Assembly: GCA_045532825.1 (NCBI GenBank)
Contig: JAZSGR010000087.1
Span: 206-64,205, forward strand
DNA: 64,000 nucleotides
Reading direction: 5' to 3'
From: Victivallaceae bacterium
Lineage (GTDB): Bacteria; Verrucomicrobiota; Lentisphaeria; Victivallales; Victivallaceae
Below, one piece after another: positions 8,500-18,560 of this stretch; position 1 is the first letter of the stretch; every line of letters starts with the position of its first letter. Below the pieces are notes generated by a model that ran no database searches, was not told where the DNA came from, and saw only the letters and a program-made list of their open reading frames with translations. The position numbers and the translations under genes are program-made.

Positions 8500-10218
8500 T
8501 TACGGGAACTGCAGAGTATTTTCCACATGTTCAATCTGTTCCGGCGTCAGCTTACAGCAGTTGTATATTATTTTCTGCAGACACTCTTCCGCTCCGGTGT
8601 TTCCGGAAATGATCTCATCGACCAGACGACTTATTTCGGCATCAGTTCCGCCGGAAATTTCCGGGAAAGGCAGCTGCATGAGGCTGCTTTTGAGAATTTT
8701 CACATCGCCAAACATGACAGAATAATAATACCTCAAAACATTGGAATTGAGAAAACCCAGTACGGTACGGATACTCATCCCCGGGATGTGCGGAATCAGG
8801 ATATTGGCACTGTTGAGCACCAGACTGCGGGTATCATCCAGAGCAAAGACCAATCTGTCTGAAATAAATTTATAGACCAGTTTTTCCGGAGCCCGGTAAT
8901 ATTCATCCTTTGCCGCCTGCTGAAAATTTTTACGGTCATAATGCAGAAAACGGCATGCCGGAGACAAACGGTATGCACGGACCTCTTTTCCGGTAAAAAC
9001 CGGTTCCATGCCGTTTTCCAGCCTGTTTTTCACCTTGTTTTTATTATCTCCGGTCACGATGCCCAAAGCAAAATCACTGCGGTCAAGAAAAAAGTGTTTT
9101 ACTGCACATATCTGCGACAGTATCTTACGGTCGGTGTCAGAAATGAAAGCAAAAACATGATCTTTTGAATTTTCCACATCTTGCACAGAAACTTTTCCGC
9201 CGCTTCCGTTCCTGAACATTTCAAAACATTCCGCAGGCGGAGCATTGCTGATCTGAACAGCGGCATATCCGGTCATGACCCCGGTAAATGAACCGGAATG
9301 GATGATGATCTTTTCCAATTTCCTCTGCAGGATGAATTCCCGCAGTCCAGCATGGAGCTTCACCCGCAAAACCGCTTCCGGTAGCAGAAAATTCATCCTT
9401 CCGTCCGGCTTCAGCTGTTCCGCAGCGCGCCGGAAAAAGAGTCCGGAAGACTCACCCTTAACGCCGTGACTGCGGTTTTTTTCCGCCCCCCACGGCGGAT
9501 TGGAGGCTATAAGATCAAATTTCTGCCGGAACAAAGCATTTCCCTCACCCGCAGTTTTCTTTCCGGCAAGGTAATCGCAGCAGAATATCTGCGGAATAAA
9601 ATCATGTTCGCGGTATTTGCACAGCAAATTGACTCTGGCGATAAAAACCGCAACCGGATCTTTATCACATCCCCAAAGCATCTGCGGCAGCTCCGCACCG
9701 GCAGCAAGCAGAAAAGCACCGCTGCCGCAACAGGGATCAAAAAAGGTCTTTCCGTCTGAAAAATCAAAGTCCTCCAGCATACTTTCCACGATCCGGTGCG
9801 GAGTATAATAGGAACCGGCTATACTTTTTTCCCCTTCAGTGAGCAGACACTGATAAACAAATCCCAGTATATCAGCTTCGTTTTCCGGCACATATATATC
9901 ACTGAAAGCCCGGTGATAAGTTTCTGAAAATTCCGCAAGGACCGTCTGCGCCCTGCCGGAGTGGAAAAGATTTTTCTGTTTCAGCAGATTTACAGCAAGA
10001 GAAAAAACCGCCCGGCGGCGGGAAATATCATGTTCTGCACAAATGCGGAGTACCTGATAAGCAAATTTTTCATTCCTGCGGTCGTCGATGTATTCCAGAG
10101 GACATATCCGCTTTTCCGAACAGCTTTTGTTTGCCCGGTGCCGCAGTCTGCCGCAAGTCCCGGTTTCCAGACGCCGCCAGTTGCGGGAAGTGGCTTCAGA
10201 TACTTTCATTGCCGCCAT
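8500..10218 (-). CDS. N6-adenine DNA methyltransferase, Eco57I/TaqI-like gamma class, with C-terminal TaqI-like specificity domain
   Basis: 572 aa. SAM motif I is FFDPCCGSGAFLL and catalytic motif IV is NPPWG, with YYTPHRIV upstream. The C-terminal part (LGFLNSNVLRYYY) resembles the TaqI-type target-recognition domain. No nuclease gene is adjacent. The start may be the second ATG (10209), because 10196-10218 overlaps the upstream gene. Confidence 0.8.
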   Translation of the reverse strand: MAAMKVSEATSRNWRRLETGTCGRLRHRANKSCSEKRICPLEYIDDRRNEKFAYQVLRICAEHDISRRRAVFSLAVNLLKQKNLFHSGRAQTVLAEFSETYHRAFSDIYVPENEADILGFVYQCLLTEGEKSIAGSYYTPHRIVESMLEDFDFSDGKTFFDPCCGSGAFLLAAGAELPQMLWGCDKDPVAVFIARVNLLCKYREHDFIPQIFCCDYLAGKKTAGEGNALFRQKFDLIASNPPWGAEKNRSHGVKGESSGLFFRRAAEQLKPDGRMNFLLPEAVLRVKLHAGLREFILQRKLEKIIIHSGSFTGVMTGYAAVQISNAPPAECFEMFRNGSGGKVSVQDVENSKDHVFAFISDTDRKILSQICAVKHFFLDRSDFALGIVTGDNKNKVKNRLENGMEPVFTGKEVRAYRLSPACRFLHYDRKNFQQAAKDEYYRAPEKLVYKFISDRLVFALDDTRSLVLNSANILIPHIPGMSIRTVLGFLNSNVLRYYYSVMFGDVKILKSSLMQLPFPEISGGTDAEISRLVDEIISGNTGAEECLQKIIYNCCKLTPEQIEHVENTLQFP

Positions 10219-11113
10219 CCGTATTTATCTGCGGTGACACGACATGCTTTTTTGCCTTGAGCTTTTCCAGCAGTCCGTACGGCACCCGCAATCCGCCCAT
10301 GCCGGTCCCCATGCGGATCGCAGAAGAATTCGTTCCGTGGTAATCACTGCCGCCGGAAACCGCAAGATCATGGATCGATGCCACTTCCGTTACAATGGCG
10401 GTCTCTACCGGGCTGAACATGCTGTAATATCCCTCGATCCCGTCAAGTCCGGCATGGACCAGATGCCTTGCCACCCGGCGGAGCCATGCTGTTTCATTGC
10501 GTTCACGGTAGACCGGATGCGCCCATACCGCCACTCCGCCCGCCGCATGAATGGCAGCAATAGCCTCTTTCACCACCGGCAGTTTGCGCGGAACGTATGC
10601 CGGACGGCTGTGTCCGAGCAGGCGGTCAAAAACCCGGCGGCTGTCGGCAAATCCGTGATTTTTCACCAGATGCAAAGCAAAATGCGGACGTCCGACCGTG
10701 GAGGGATCTCTGCCGGCAAACGCCTCATCGCTCCAGCTGGTTGAATATCCGAGGATATTGAGTCTTGCGCGGATGTCTTCGTTGCGGCGGCGGCGCATCT
10801 CACGCTGTTTTGCCAGATAACCGGCAAGTGCAGGACTGCTGTGGTCGATGAAAAGTCCGACTATATGCAGTTCACGGCTGCCGTACAATGCCGCAAGTTC
10901 CACCCCCGGGATGCACTCCAGAAGCGGAAAACGTTTTCCCGCCTCAAGAAATGCCGGGATACCGGCAACCGTATCGTGATCGGTAAGGGCAACAGCTCTC
11001 AATCCGGCTTCTGCTGCGGTCTCCGGAATTTTTTCCGGTGCATCGCTGCCGTCGGATGCGGTGCTGTGAGTGTGCAGATCTATGCACTCAAACAGTGTTT
11101 CTTCACCTGTCAT
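10196..11113 (-). CDS. PHP-domain phosphoesterase (TrpH/YciV-like)
   Basis: 305 aa. IDLHTHSTASDGS and ALTDHDT are the PHP metal-binding motifs, and GGSDYHG lies near the C-terminus. Confidence 0.8.
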   Translation of the reverse strand: MTGEETLFECIDLHTHSTASDGSDAPEKIPETAAEAGLRAVALTDHDTVAGIPAFLEAGKRFPLLECIPGVELAALYGSRELHIVGLFIDHSSPALAGYLAKQREMRRRRNEDIRARLNILGYSTSWSDEAFAGRDPSTVGRPHFALHLVKNHGFADSRRVFDRLLGHSRPAYVPRKLPVVKEAIAAIHAAGGVAVWAHPVYRERNETAWLRRVARHLVHAGLDGIEGYYSMFSPVETAIVTEVASIHDLAVSGGSDYHGTNSSAIRMGTGMGGLRVPYGLLEKLKAKKHVVSPQINTDGGNESI

Positions 11114-11667
11114 AACATTGCCGCAAATACTGCGATCCTGGCATCGATACCGTCACCGCGTTCAACAGCTCCGGCAACAAATTCAGCAAGTTTTGAACGG
11201 CTGACAACGATCGTTTCGATATCTTCTGATGCCTCCTGATGATTTTCAGGCATCTCCGGATACTGCGTTTTATCGATGTTCATGATGACCATGGTGACAG
11301 TCTCACCGGACATGCCGGGAGAATTATAGGCTGGAGGAATGACTTTTTCGATACTGCCGCAGAAACCGGTCTCTTCATAAAGTTCGCGGACCGCAGTATT
11401 TTCCGCCGTTTCACCGTTTTCGATCAATCCGGCGGGAAACTCGATCATGTATTTTCCGGCAGGAGGACGGAACTGCCGCACCAGCACCAGTTCATCTCCC
11501 GGAACCAGACAGGGGATGATAACTGCCGCACCGCAGGAATTGGTACGGTTGACACACTCCCAGACCCCTTTCAATCCGCGGCCGTTACTGAATGAGATAC
11601 GGCGCAGTGCCAGATATTTGCCGGAAGCGATCTCTTCAGAACCGTATATACCTGCTTTGTCAGTCAT
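11110..11667 (-). CDS. NUDIX hydrolase (ADP-ribose pyrophosphatase-like)
   Basis: 185 aa. The Nudix box GLIENGETAENTAVRELYEETG is present. An ATGA overlap with the PHP gene suggests translational coupling. Confidence 0.85.
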   Translation of the reverse strand: MTDKAGIYGSEEIASGKYLALRRISFSNGRGLKGVWECVNRTNSCGAAVIIPCLVPGDELVLVRQFRPPAGKYMIEFPAGLIENGETAENTAVRELYEETGFCGSIEKVIPPAYNSPGMSGETVTMVIMNIDKTQYPEMPENHQEASEDIETIVVSRSKLAEFVAGAVERGDGIDARIAVFAAML

Positions 11668-11684
11668 ATTATCCCCCTTTCAAG

Positions 11685-11719
11685 AAAAAAAGCCCGAAGC
11701 GAAATTCACCGCTCCGGGC
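11685..11719 (-). terminator. Rho-independent terminator downstream of serC
   Basis: On the minus strand, GCCCGGAGCG pairs with CGCTTCGGGC (10 bp including one G-U) and is followed by TTTTTTT. On the plus strand the A-run is 11685-11691 and the stems are 11692-11701 and 11710-11719. Confidence 0.8.
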
Positions 11720-11738
11720 ATGTATTCAACACAAGGTG

Positions 11739-12818
11739 TCAGCGGTTGGCAAGTTCAAACTCTTTCATGAAAGCGATAAGAGCTTCAACGCCTTCCAGCG
11801 GCATTGCATTGTAGATGCTGGCGCGGCATCCGCCGACCAGACGGTGACCTTTGAGCTCGGTGAGACCGTTGCTCTTGGCTTCTGCGATGAATTTGGCATC
11901 CAGTTCTTCGCTGGGGGTGCGGAAGACAACGTTCATTCTGGAACGGTCAGCTCTGGCGACCGGACTCTTGAAGAAGCTGCTGTTATCCAGGAAATCATAG
12001 AGTTTGGCAGCCTTGACATTGTTGATCTCTTCGACACCGGCGATACCGCCTTTGGCCTTGATCCAGTCGGTGACCAGAGCAAGCATGTAGACGGAGTAGG
12101 TCGGCGGAGTATTGAACATGGAGCCTTCATCGATGTAGGTGCTGTAACGCAGCATGGTCGGCACGTTGGCGGCGGTGCGTTCAGCAAGAGCTTTCTTCAT
12201 GACGACCAGGGTGACACCGCTGGGGCCGAGGTTCTTCTGGGCACCGGCGTAGATCATATCGAACTTGGTCGCATCGAAAACTCTGGACATGATGTCACTG
12301 GACATATCAGCGATCAGCGGCACACCGGCAGGCGCAGTGGGCAGAATCTGATACTGGGTTCCGGCGATGGTGTTGTTGCTGGTGATGTGCAGATAAGCCG
12401 CACCCGGAGTCATCTTCCATTCACTGACTGCGGGAATGTGATCGTATTTGGTATCAGCACTGGAAGCGACGATATTGACGTTACCGAAAAGTTTGGCTTC
12501 CTTGGCAGCCTTTTTGCTCCAGACACCGGTTTCGACCACATCAGCGGTTCCGCCGTTGAGCAGGTTCATCGGGATCATGCAGAACTGCATGCTGGCACCG
12601 CCCTGGATGAAAAGAACACTGTATTCATCGGTAAGTCCGAGAAGCTCACGGACATTGGCTTCGGCGCGCTCGATCACGGGCTTGAAATATTTGCCGCGAT
12701 GAGAAAGCTCCATCAAACCGCTGCCGCTATCCTGATATGCGCAGAATTCCTCCTGGGCTTTTTTCATAACTTCTGCCGGAAGCATCGCCGGACCAGCTGC
12801 AAAGTTGTAGATCTTCAT
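11739..12818 (-). CDS. serC: Phosphoserine aminotransferase
   Basis: 359 aa. MKIYNFAAGPAMLPAEVMKKAQEEF, a full-length class V aminotransferase pattern, and IYAGAQKNLGPSG (the PLP-lysine region). Confidence 0.93.
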   Translation of the reverse strand: MKIYNFAAGPAMLPAEVMKKAQEEFCAYQDSGSGLMELSHRGKYFKPVIERAEANVRELLGLTDEYSVLFIQGGASMQFCMIPMNLLNGGTADVVETGVWSKKAAKEAKLFGNVNIVASSADTKYDHIPAVSEWKMTPGAAYLHITSNNTIAGTQYQILPTAPAGVPLIADMSSDIMSRVFDATKFDMIYAGAQKNLGPSGVTLVVMKKALAERTAANVPTMLRYSTYIDEGSMFNTPPTYSVYMLALVTDWIKAKGGIAGVEEINNVKAAKLYDFLDNSSFFKSPVARADRSRMNVVFRTPSEELDAKFIAEAKSNGLTELKGHRLVGGCRASIYNAMPLEGVEALIAFMKEFELANR

Positions 12819-12884
12819 GATAAAATCATTCTCCTGTTGTTGGATTTTTGTATTTACCTAATATACACCCGTTTTTTGTTTTTT

Positions 12885-13511
12885 TCAATGTTTTTTTTCA
12901 AAACGGTTTTCGGTTCCATCCAGCAGCCGTTTGATATTACTGCGGTGCCGGTAGACGGTGACTGCGGCTATGGCGCAGAAAAAAATCAGCACCGGTATGC
13001 TTTTTGCCGCGACACTTCCGATTCCGGCAAGACGGAAAACAAAGGCAAATACCGGCAGAGCAACCGCCGCAGCTATACTGGCAACGGAAACGTACCGGGT
13101 GATGAGAAACAGCACCACCCACAGTATCAATGCGCACAACAGCGGCAGCGGAGCAAGAGCCAGTGCAGCACCTGCACCGGTACTCACGCCTTTGCCGCCC
13201 TTGAATTTGAGATATACCGGGAACATGTGTCCCAGTATGGCGACGGCTCCGGCAATGATCGCCATGACCGGACAAGCAGGCAGAAATATCTGCGCGGCAA
13301 GCACCGGTATCGCTCCTTTGAGCAGATCAAGCACAAAGCAGATTTTTCCCTGAAGCGGTCCGACCGTGCGGGTGACATTGGTGGCTCCGACGTTGCCGGA
13401 ACCTGCTTTGCGGATATCTACTCCGTGCAGTTTGCCGATGATGAGCGCAAAAGGTACCGCCCCGAAAAAATAGGCGAACAAACAAATCAGAACAGGAACA
13501 ATGTAATTCAT
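12885..13511 (-). CDS. plsY: Glycerol-3-phosphate acyltransferase PlsY
   Basis: The track ORF extends to 13562 and would overlap metG. The ATG at 13511 gives MNYIVPVLICLFAYFFGAVPFALIIGKLHGVDIRKAGSGNVGATNVTR, the canonical PlsY N-terminus, 17 nt after the metG stop. Confidence 0.9.
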   Translation of the reverse strand: MNYIVPVLICLFAYFFGAVPFALIIGKLHGVDIRKAGSGNVGATNVTRTVGPLQGKICFVLDLLKGAIPVLAAQIFLPACPVMAIIAGAVAILGHMFPVYLKFKGGKGVSTGAGAALALAPLPLLCALILWVVLFLITRYVSVASIAAAVALPVFAFVFRLAGIGSVAAKSIPVLIFFCAIAAVTVYRHRSNIKRLLDGTENRFEKKH

Positions 13512-13527
13512 GATGAAAACCTTCTGT

Positions 13528-15465
13528 TTATCCGACACTGGCTCCGGAGGCGATCCCGCCATCCACGGTCACAAGTTTCAAATCCTTGCCGGACTTGGCG
13601 GCAAGCAGCATTCCGCAGGATTCTATTCCGCGGATCTTCGCAGGCTGAAGATTGGCAACGATGACGATCGTGCGTCCGATCAGGGATTCCGGAGTGTAGC
13701 TTTTGGCGATACCGGCGACGATCTGACGGGGAACTCCGCCGACATCGATCTGCAGTTTCAGCAGTTTATCTGCTTCCGGAACAGCTTCTGCTGAAAGGAT
13801 CTTTGCGGTTTTGAGTTCGGCTTTGAAGAAATCATCTATCGAGATCAGATTGACCGGCTTTTCCTCTTTTGCCGCCTTTTTCTCCTGTTTCTCCTTTTTG
13901 GGAGCGGCAACCTCTTTGGCACAAGCCTTATCCTCGACCAGGATACGCGGGAAAAGCGGTTCGGTATCGGTCATGATGCGTCCGGCGATATCACTTGCTT
14001 TGGTTCCAAGTTCAGAGATCGAACCGAGTTCACCGGGAGCGTAGCCGAGGATGCAGCCCAGCTGTGCCATTTTTTCCGGCATCACCGGTTCCAGCAGCAC
14101 CGCGACCTGACGGAGCAGTTCGGCGGAACAGTAAAGCACCGTATGCAGACGTTCGGTCTTTCCCTCTTTGGCAAGCACCCAGGGCGCGCATTTTTCCATA
14201 TAACGGTTTCCGGCGCGGACCGCATTGAGTACCGCCGCGATACCGCTGTCAAGTTTCATGGTCTTGAGACTTTCAGCCATGCTGACTGCCGCATTTCTGA
14301 CCGCCGCCAGCAGTTCTTCATCTTCAGCTTCCAGTTTACCGGGAGACGGAACCGGTCCGGCAGTGGCACGCAGAACCAGTTTGTTCACGCGGGAAACAAA
14401 GTTGCCCAGATCATTGGCAAGGTCGCTGTTGTAGCGCGAAATGAAAGTATCCTCGCTGAAATTGGCATCGTTTCCGAGAGTCATTTCAGAGAGCAGGAAA
14501 TAACGGAAAGCATCGACACCTGCTTTGTCGATCATCGCCATGGGATCGACCACATTGCCGAGAGATTTGCTCATTTTGGTATTGCCGGTGAGCCACCAGC
14601 CGTGAGCGAAAATGGTCTTCGGCATGGGCAAACCGATCGCCTTGAGCATGGTCGGCCAGTACACGGAGTGGGTGGTGAGAATATCTTTGCCGATAAGCTG
14701 GCAGCTTGCGGGCCACCATTTGGCAAATTTTTCCTCATCCTGCAGATAGCCTGCTCCGGAAACGTAGTTGAGCAGAGCATCGAACCAGACATAACAGACG
14801 TAATCCTTGTCGAACGGCAGTTCAATACCCCATGCCAGACGGGATTTCGGACGGCTGATGCAAAGATCGCCCAGCTCCTGACGGAGAAATCCGAGTGTCT
14901 CATTGGCGCGGAACTCCGGAAGGATGAAATCCGGATGGCTCTTGATGTGATCGACCAGCCAGTCGCGGTATTTGCTCATCTTGAAGAAGTAATTGGATTC
15001 CTGAATGGCGGTGACTTCGCGTCCGCACTCCGGACACTTGCCGTCGACCAGATCTTTTTCGGTAAAGAAACGTTCGTCGCCGACGCAGTACCAGCCGGTG
15101 TACTCGGCGCGGTAGATCTCGCCGCGGTCGTAAAGATCCTGCAGGACAGCCTGCACCACCTTCTTGTGGAAATCCTGAGTGGTGCGGATGAATTTATCAT
15201 TGGTAATGCCGAGTCTTTTCCAGAGTTCCTGAAAACGTACCACGGTCTCATCGCAGTGATCCAGCGGAGCCATATTGTTTTTGGCAGCGGCTTTTTCCAC
15301 TTTCTGACCGTGTTCATCGGTTCCGGTAAGGAAGAAGGTGCTGTCGCCGAGTGAACGGTGGAAACGGGCAAGCACGTCAGCAAGGATAGTGGTGTACGCA
15401 TGACCGATATGCGGACGGTCATTCACATAATAGATCGGAGTGGTGATATAAAATTTTTCGCTCAT
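13528..15465 (-). CDS. metG: Methionyl-tRNA synthetase with C-terminal tRNA-binding (EMAP-like) domain
   Basis: 645 aa. HIGH motif PHIGHAYTT, KMSKS motif KMSKSLGN, a CPECGRE zinc knuckle, and a lysine-rich linker before the C-terminal domain. Confidence 0.96.
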   Translation of the reverse strand: MSEKFYITTPIYYVNDRPHIGHAYTTILADVLARFHRSLGDSTFFLTGTDEHGQKVEKAAAKNNMAPLDHCDETVVRFQELWKRLGITNDKFIRTTQDFHKKVVQAVLQDLYDRGEIYRAEYTGWYCVGDERFFTEKDLVDGKCPECGREVTAIQESNYFFKMSKYRDWLVDHIKSHPDFILPEFRANETLGFLRQELGDLCISRPKSRLAWGIELPFDKDYVCYVWFDALLNYVSGAGYLQDEEKFAKWWPASCQLIGKDILTTHSVYWPTMLKAIGLPMPKTIFAHGWWLTGNTKMSKSLGNVVDPMAMIDKAGVDAFRYFLLSEMTLGNDANFSEDTFISRYNSDLANDLGNFVSRVNKLVLRATAGPVPSPGKLEAEDEELLAAVRNAAVSMAESLKTMKLDSGIAAVLNAVRAGNRYMEKCAPWVLAKEGKTERLHTVLYCSAELLRQVAVLLEPVMPEKMAQLGCILGYAPGELGSISELGTKASDIAGRIMTDTEPLFPRILVEDKACAKEVAAPKKEKQEKKAAKEEKPVNLISIDDFFKAELKTAKILSAEAVPEADKLLKLQIDVGGVPRQIVAGIAKSYTPESLIGRTIVIVANLQPAKIRGIESCGMLLAAKSGKDLKLVTVDGGIASGASVG

Positions 15466-15870
15466 GACAAATGTTCCTTATCTGCTGCTTCCGGTGATCG
15501 TCACACCGGTAAAACAGTGATTTTGTTAAATAAACTCAATATAATGTACCTCAAAAACGAGTTTTTTTCAAGCTGAAAAAACAACATAACTCACACTCCG
15601 GCAGATAACATCCCCGCCCTGCTCCGCCGACAGCACCGGCAGACGGCGTATCATACGACTCATCATGACCGGCACAGCAACAGGCTGAACGGTCGCAAGT
15701 TCCGCTTATCACGACAGTATTCCGGATGTTATGTACAAAAAAAATACAAGAGCAGTTAAATGCTATTGAAAAAATCGCCGCAAGGTAATATGTTATGCCG
15801 CAGACAAAATTTTACCGGATGGATAACGCTGAAAAATCATTGTACTTCCACGCATTGAAAGGTGCAACCA

Positions 15871-16695
15871 ATGAGCATTATACCCTTTTACTACTCAACT
15901 CATCACCGCAATTTCGGTGATGCGCTCAATCCGCTGCTGTTTGAAAGGGTTCTGGGTATCCGGATAAAACCGGAAAATTTCAAAAATGCGGAAATGACAG
16001 GTGTCGGCAGTCTGCTCCAGAAATGTACCGTCAGCAAATATGCCATCCATTCACAGATAAACTTTTTTTTCAAACCGCAGCTGCGGGTGATGTCAAGCGG
16101 TTTCATCCAAGCTCCGCCGGAAAATCATATACTGGCACGCAAACTTGACGTAAAGGCACTAAGAGGTCACGAATCCCGCAAGATCATTGAAAAACTGACC
16201 GGTTCCGCCTGCGATGCCGCTGTCGGTGACGGAGGGATGCTGTATCCGCTGCTGCTTGATAAAATCCCGTCAAAACAATACAGCGTCGGCATAATACCGC
16301 ATTACCGGGATCGGGAACTGTCATCGGTAAAGGAGTTGTCGGCAAGCCTGAAAAACGCAACGGTGATCGATGTGCTGGATGAACCGCTCGAAGTCCTGAA
16401 AAAAATCGCCTCCTGCAGCTGTATTCTGTCAAGCTCGCTTCACGGTCTGATCGTATCAGATGCCATGGGTATCCCGAACCGGCATGTGCTTTTCAGCAGC
16501 AATATCACCGGAAACGGATTCAAATTCCGTGATTACTATTCTGTTTTCACCCCGGAACACACCTTGCCTTCTCTGCAGACCGGAGAGATACTCTCTGTCA
16601 GGTTTGACAGGTTATTTGAAAATTACCTGCCCAGGCAACAGCAGATCGCAGAATTGCAGAAAAAATTACTGGATGCAATGAAAATCACCGGCTGA
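15871..16695 (+). CDS. Polysaccharide pyruvyl transferase family protein
   Basis: NFGDALNPLL near the N-terminus and SSSLHGLIVSDAMGIP near the C-terminus resemble the PS_pyruv_trans family. I prefer the ATG at 15871 (MSIIPFYY) over the GTG at 15862. Confidence 0.55.
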   Translation: MSIIPFYYSTHHRNFGDALNPLLFERVLGIRIKPENFKNAEMTGVGSLLQKCTVSKYAIHSQINFFFKPQLRVMSSGFIQAPPENHILARKLDVKALRGHESRKIIEKLTGSACDAAVGDGGMLYPLLLDKIPSKQYSVGIIPHYRDRELSSVKELSASLKNATVIDVLDEPLEVLKKIASCSCILSSSLHGLIVSDAMGIPNRHVLFSSNITGNGFKFRDYYSVFTPEHTLPSLQTGEILSVRFDRLFENYLPRQQQIAELQKKLLDAMKITG

Positions 16696-16780
16696 CCAGG
16701 CGGAAAACATTTCAAACCGGACAACGGAAAAACAATCCGCAGTTTTGCGGTACAACGGCGGCGCCGGAACAGCGTACCTG

Positions 16781-17755
16781 CTAAAAAGTCTTGCGTGAAC
16801 GCATTTCCTCTGCAACATCACGGATGATGTCATCAAGGCAGAACTGCGGAGTCCAGCCGGTGAGCGCATTGAGTTTGGCGGTGTTCGGACAGCGGCGGCG
16901 CATATCCTCAAATCCCTGCTCATACGCTTCATCATAAGAGAGATATTTTATCTCTGAAGCACTGCCGGTGACCGCGATGACACGTTCGGCAAGCTGCTTT
17001 ATGGAAACCAGCTCCTGACTGCCGATATTGAAAACCTCTCCGACAGATTCCGGTTTTGCAAGCAGCAGCTTCAACGCACGCACCACATCGGCAACGTGAC
17101 AGAAACAGCGCGACTGCTCACCGTCACCGTAAACACTTATCGGTTCGTTTTTCAGGGCAGCTGCCACAAAACGCGGGACCACCATACCGTAACGCCCGGT
17201 CTGACGCGGTCCGACCGTGTTGAAGAAGCGCACCACCGTTCCGGGGAACGCTTCCGTGCGCTGGAACGCCATAAGATAAAATTCATCAAGCAGTTTGCTG
17301 CAGGCATAGCTCCAGCGGGAATTCATCGGGGAACCGATGAGAAGATCATCGGTTTCAGTGAATTTTTCATGAGTGGATTTGCCGTACACCTCACTGGTGG
17401 AGGCGATCAGAACCCTGCGGTTGTACTTCGCCGCCGGAACCAGAACATTTTCCGTACCGTGGACATTGGTGGTGATGGTGCGCACCGGATCTTTGACCAC
17501 AAGATCGACTCCGACCGCAGCGGCAAGGTGGATCACGCAATCACAGTCTTTCACCAGAGCATCGACCTTATCCGGAGACTCAACGACATCAAGCTCGATC
17601 ACTTTCAATGCCGGATTGCCGCTCAAGCGCGCCAGATTTTCCGGAGTTGAGGTGGAAAAATTATCAGCCACGACAACTTCATGACCGTCAGCAAGCAGAG
17701 ACTCTGTAAGATGACTGCCGATAAATCCGGCACCGCCGGTGATGAAATACTTCAT
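16781..17755 (-). CDS. NAD-dependent nucleotide-sugar epimerase/dehydratase
   Basis: 324 aa. MKYFITGGAGFIGSHL is the extended-SDR Rossmann motif and YACSKLL is the YxxxK motif. The exact substrate cannot be determined from sequence alone. Confidence 0.85.
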   Translation of the reverse strand: MKYFITGGAGFIGSHLTESLLADGHEVVVADNFSTSTPENLARLSGNPALKVIELDVVESPDKVDALVKDCDCVIHLAAAVGVDLVVKDPVRTITTNVHGTENVLVPAAKYNRRVLIASTSEVYGKSTHEKFTETDDLLIGSPMNSRWSYACSKLLDEFYLMAFQRTEAFPGTVVRFFNTVGPRQTGRYGMVVPRFVAAALKNEPISVYGDGEQSRCFCHVADVVRALKLLLAKPESVGEVFNIGSQELVSIKQLAERVIAVTGSASEIKYLSYDEAYEQGFEDMRRRCPNTAKLNALTGWTPQFCLDDIIRDVAEEMRSRKTF

Positions 17756-18555
17756 TTTCTCCCCCCTGCAAAATTACGGTACAGCCAGATGACAGGACCG
17801 GAAAAGATATAAGTCGTCACCATGAAAACAACACCTGCCGAACGGAATACTACTGCGATCAGGATCATCACCGCCAGCAGACACATACGCATTTTGCTCT
17901 TGCGGACGGAAAACAGCCAGCGTCCGGCATGGAGATAGGGAACGGTACTTACCATGAGCAGTCCGAGTATCGCCGCATAAACCGGCAGGACAAAGGCGAA
18001 TTTTTCCACGGGAAGCGCAGTGTCATGGGCAAAAAACACCGCCACGCAGATCGCCGCCGCAGCTCCGGGGGAAGGAAGTCCGGAAAAATAGGCGGGATCA
18101 CCTTTTTTATCCGGGGACATCGCATGCACGTTGTAGGTGGCAAGCCGCAGAGCCGCACACCCCAGATACACACAGCAGAGCAGATAAACAAGAGCGATCT
18201 GCCAGTTTTCCATGATGCCGTCCTTGAGAGAATCGGTCATGATGACCACGATCGTCGCCGGAGCCACTCCGAAAGTCACCATATCGGCGAGAGAATCCAT
18301 CTGGATACCGTGTATGCTCGCCGCATTGAGCGCACGGGCGGCAAATCCGTCGAAAGCATCGAAGACCATTGCGGAAAATATCATGATACCGCTGACACAG
18401 AACACTCCCAGCACATCGCCGGTATCCATGCGGTAGACCTGAAGGGTGTACAGGATCGCAGCAAATCCGCAGAGAGAATTGCAGATGGTAAGCAAATTGG
18501 GAACAAAACGCAGAAAATGCTTCGTTCTGTCACTCAAGTGCAGTCTTTTTTTCAT
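17752..18555 (-). CDS. pssA: CDP-diacylglycerol-serine O-phosphatidyltransferase
   Basis: 267 aa, multi-TM. The CDP-alcohol phosphatidyltransferase motif DAFDGFAARALNAASIHGIQMDSLADMV is present. It lies directly downstream of psd. Confidence 0.85.
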   Translation of the reverse strand: MKKRLHLSDRTKHFLRFVPNLLTICNSLCGFAAILYTLQVYRMDTGDVLGVFCVSGIMIFSAMVFDAFDGFAARALNAASIHGIQMDSLADMVTFGVAPATIVVIMTDSLKDGIMENWQIALVYLLCCVYLGCAALRLATYNVHAMSPDKKGDPAYFSGLPSPGAAAAICVAVFFAHDTALPVEKFAFVLPVYAAILGLLMVSTVPYLHAGRWLFSVRKSKMRMCLLAVMILIAVVFRSAGVVFMVTTYIFSGPVIWLYRNFAGGRK

Positions 18556-18560
18556 ATATC

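Noticed and set aside
15466-15861. ~400-nt gap between metG and the pyruvyl-transferase gene as a possible RNA gene or riboswitch
   Set aside because: I found no extended helices, no tRNA-like arms and no recognisable riboswitch core on either strand. It is probably a divergent promoter region.
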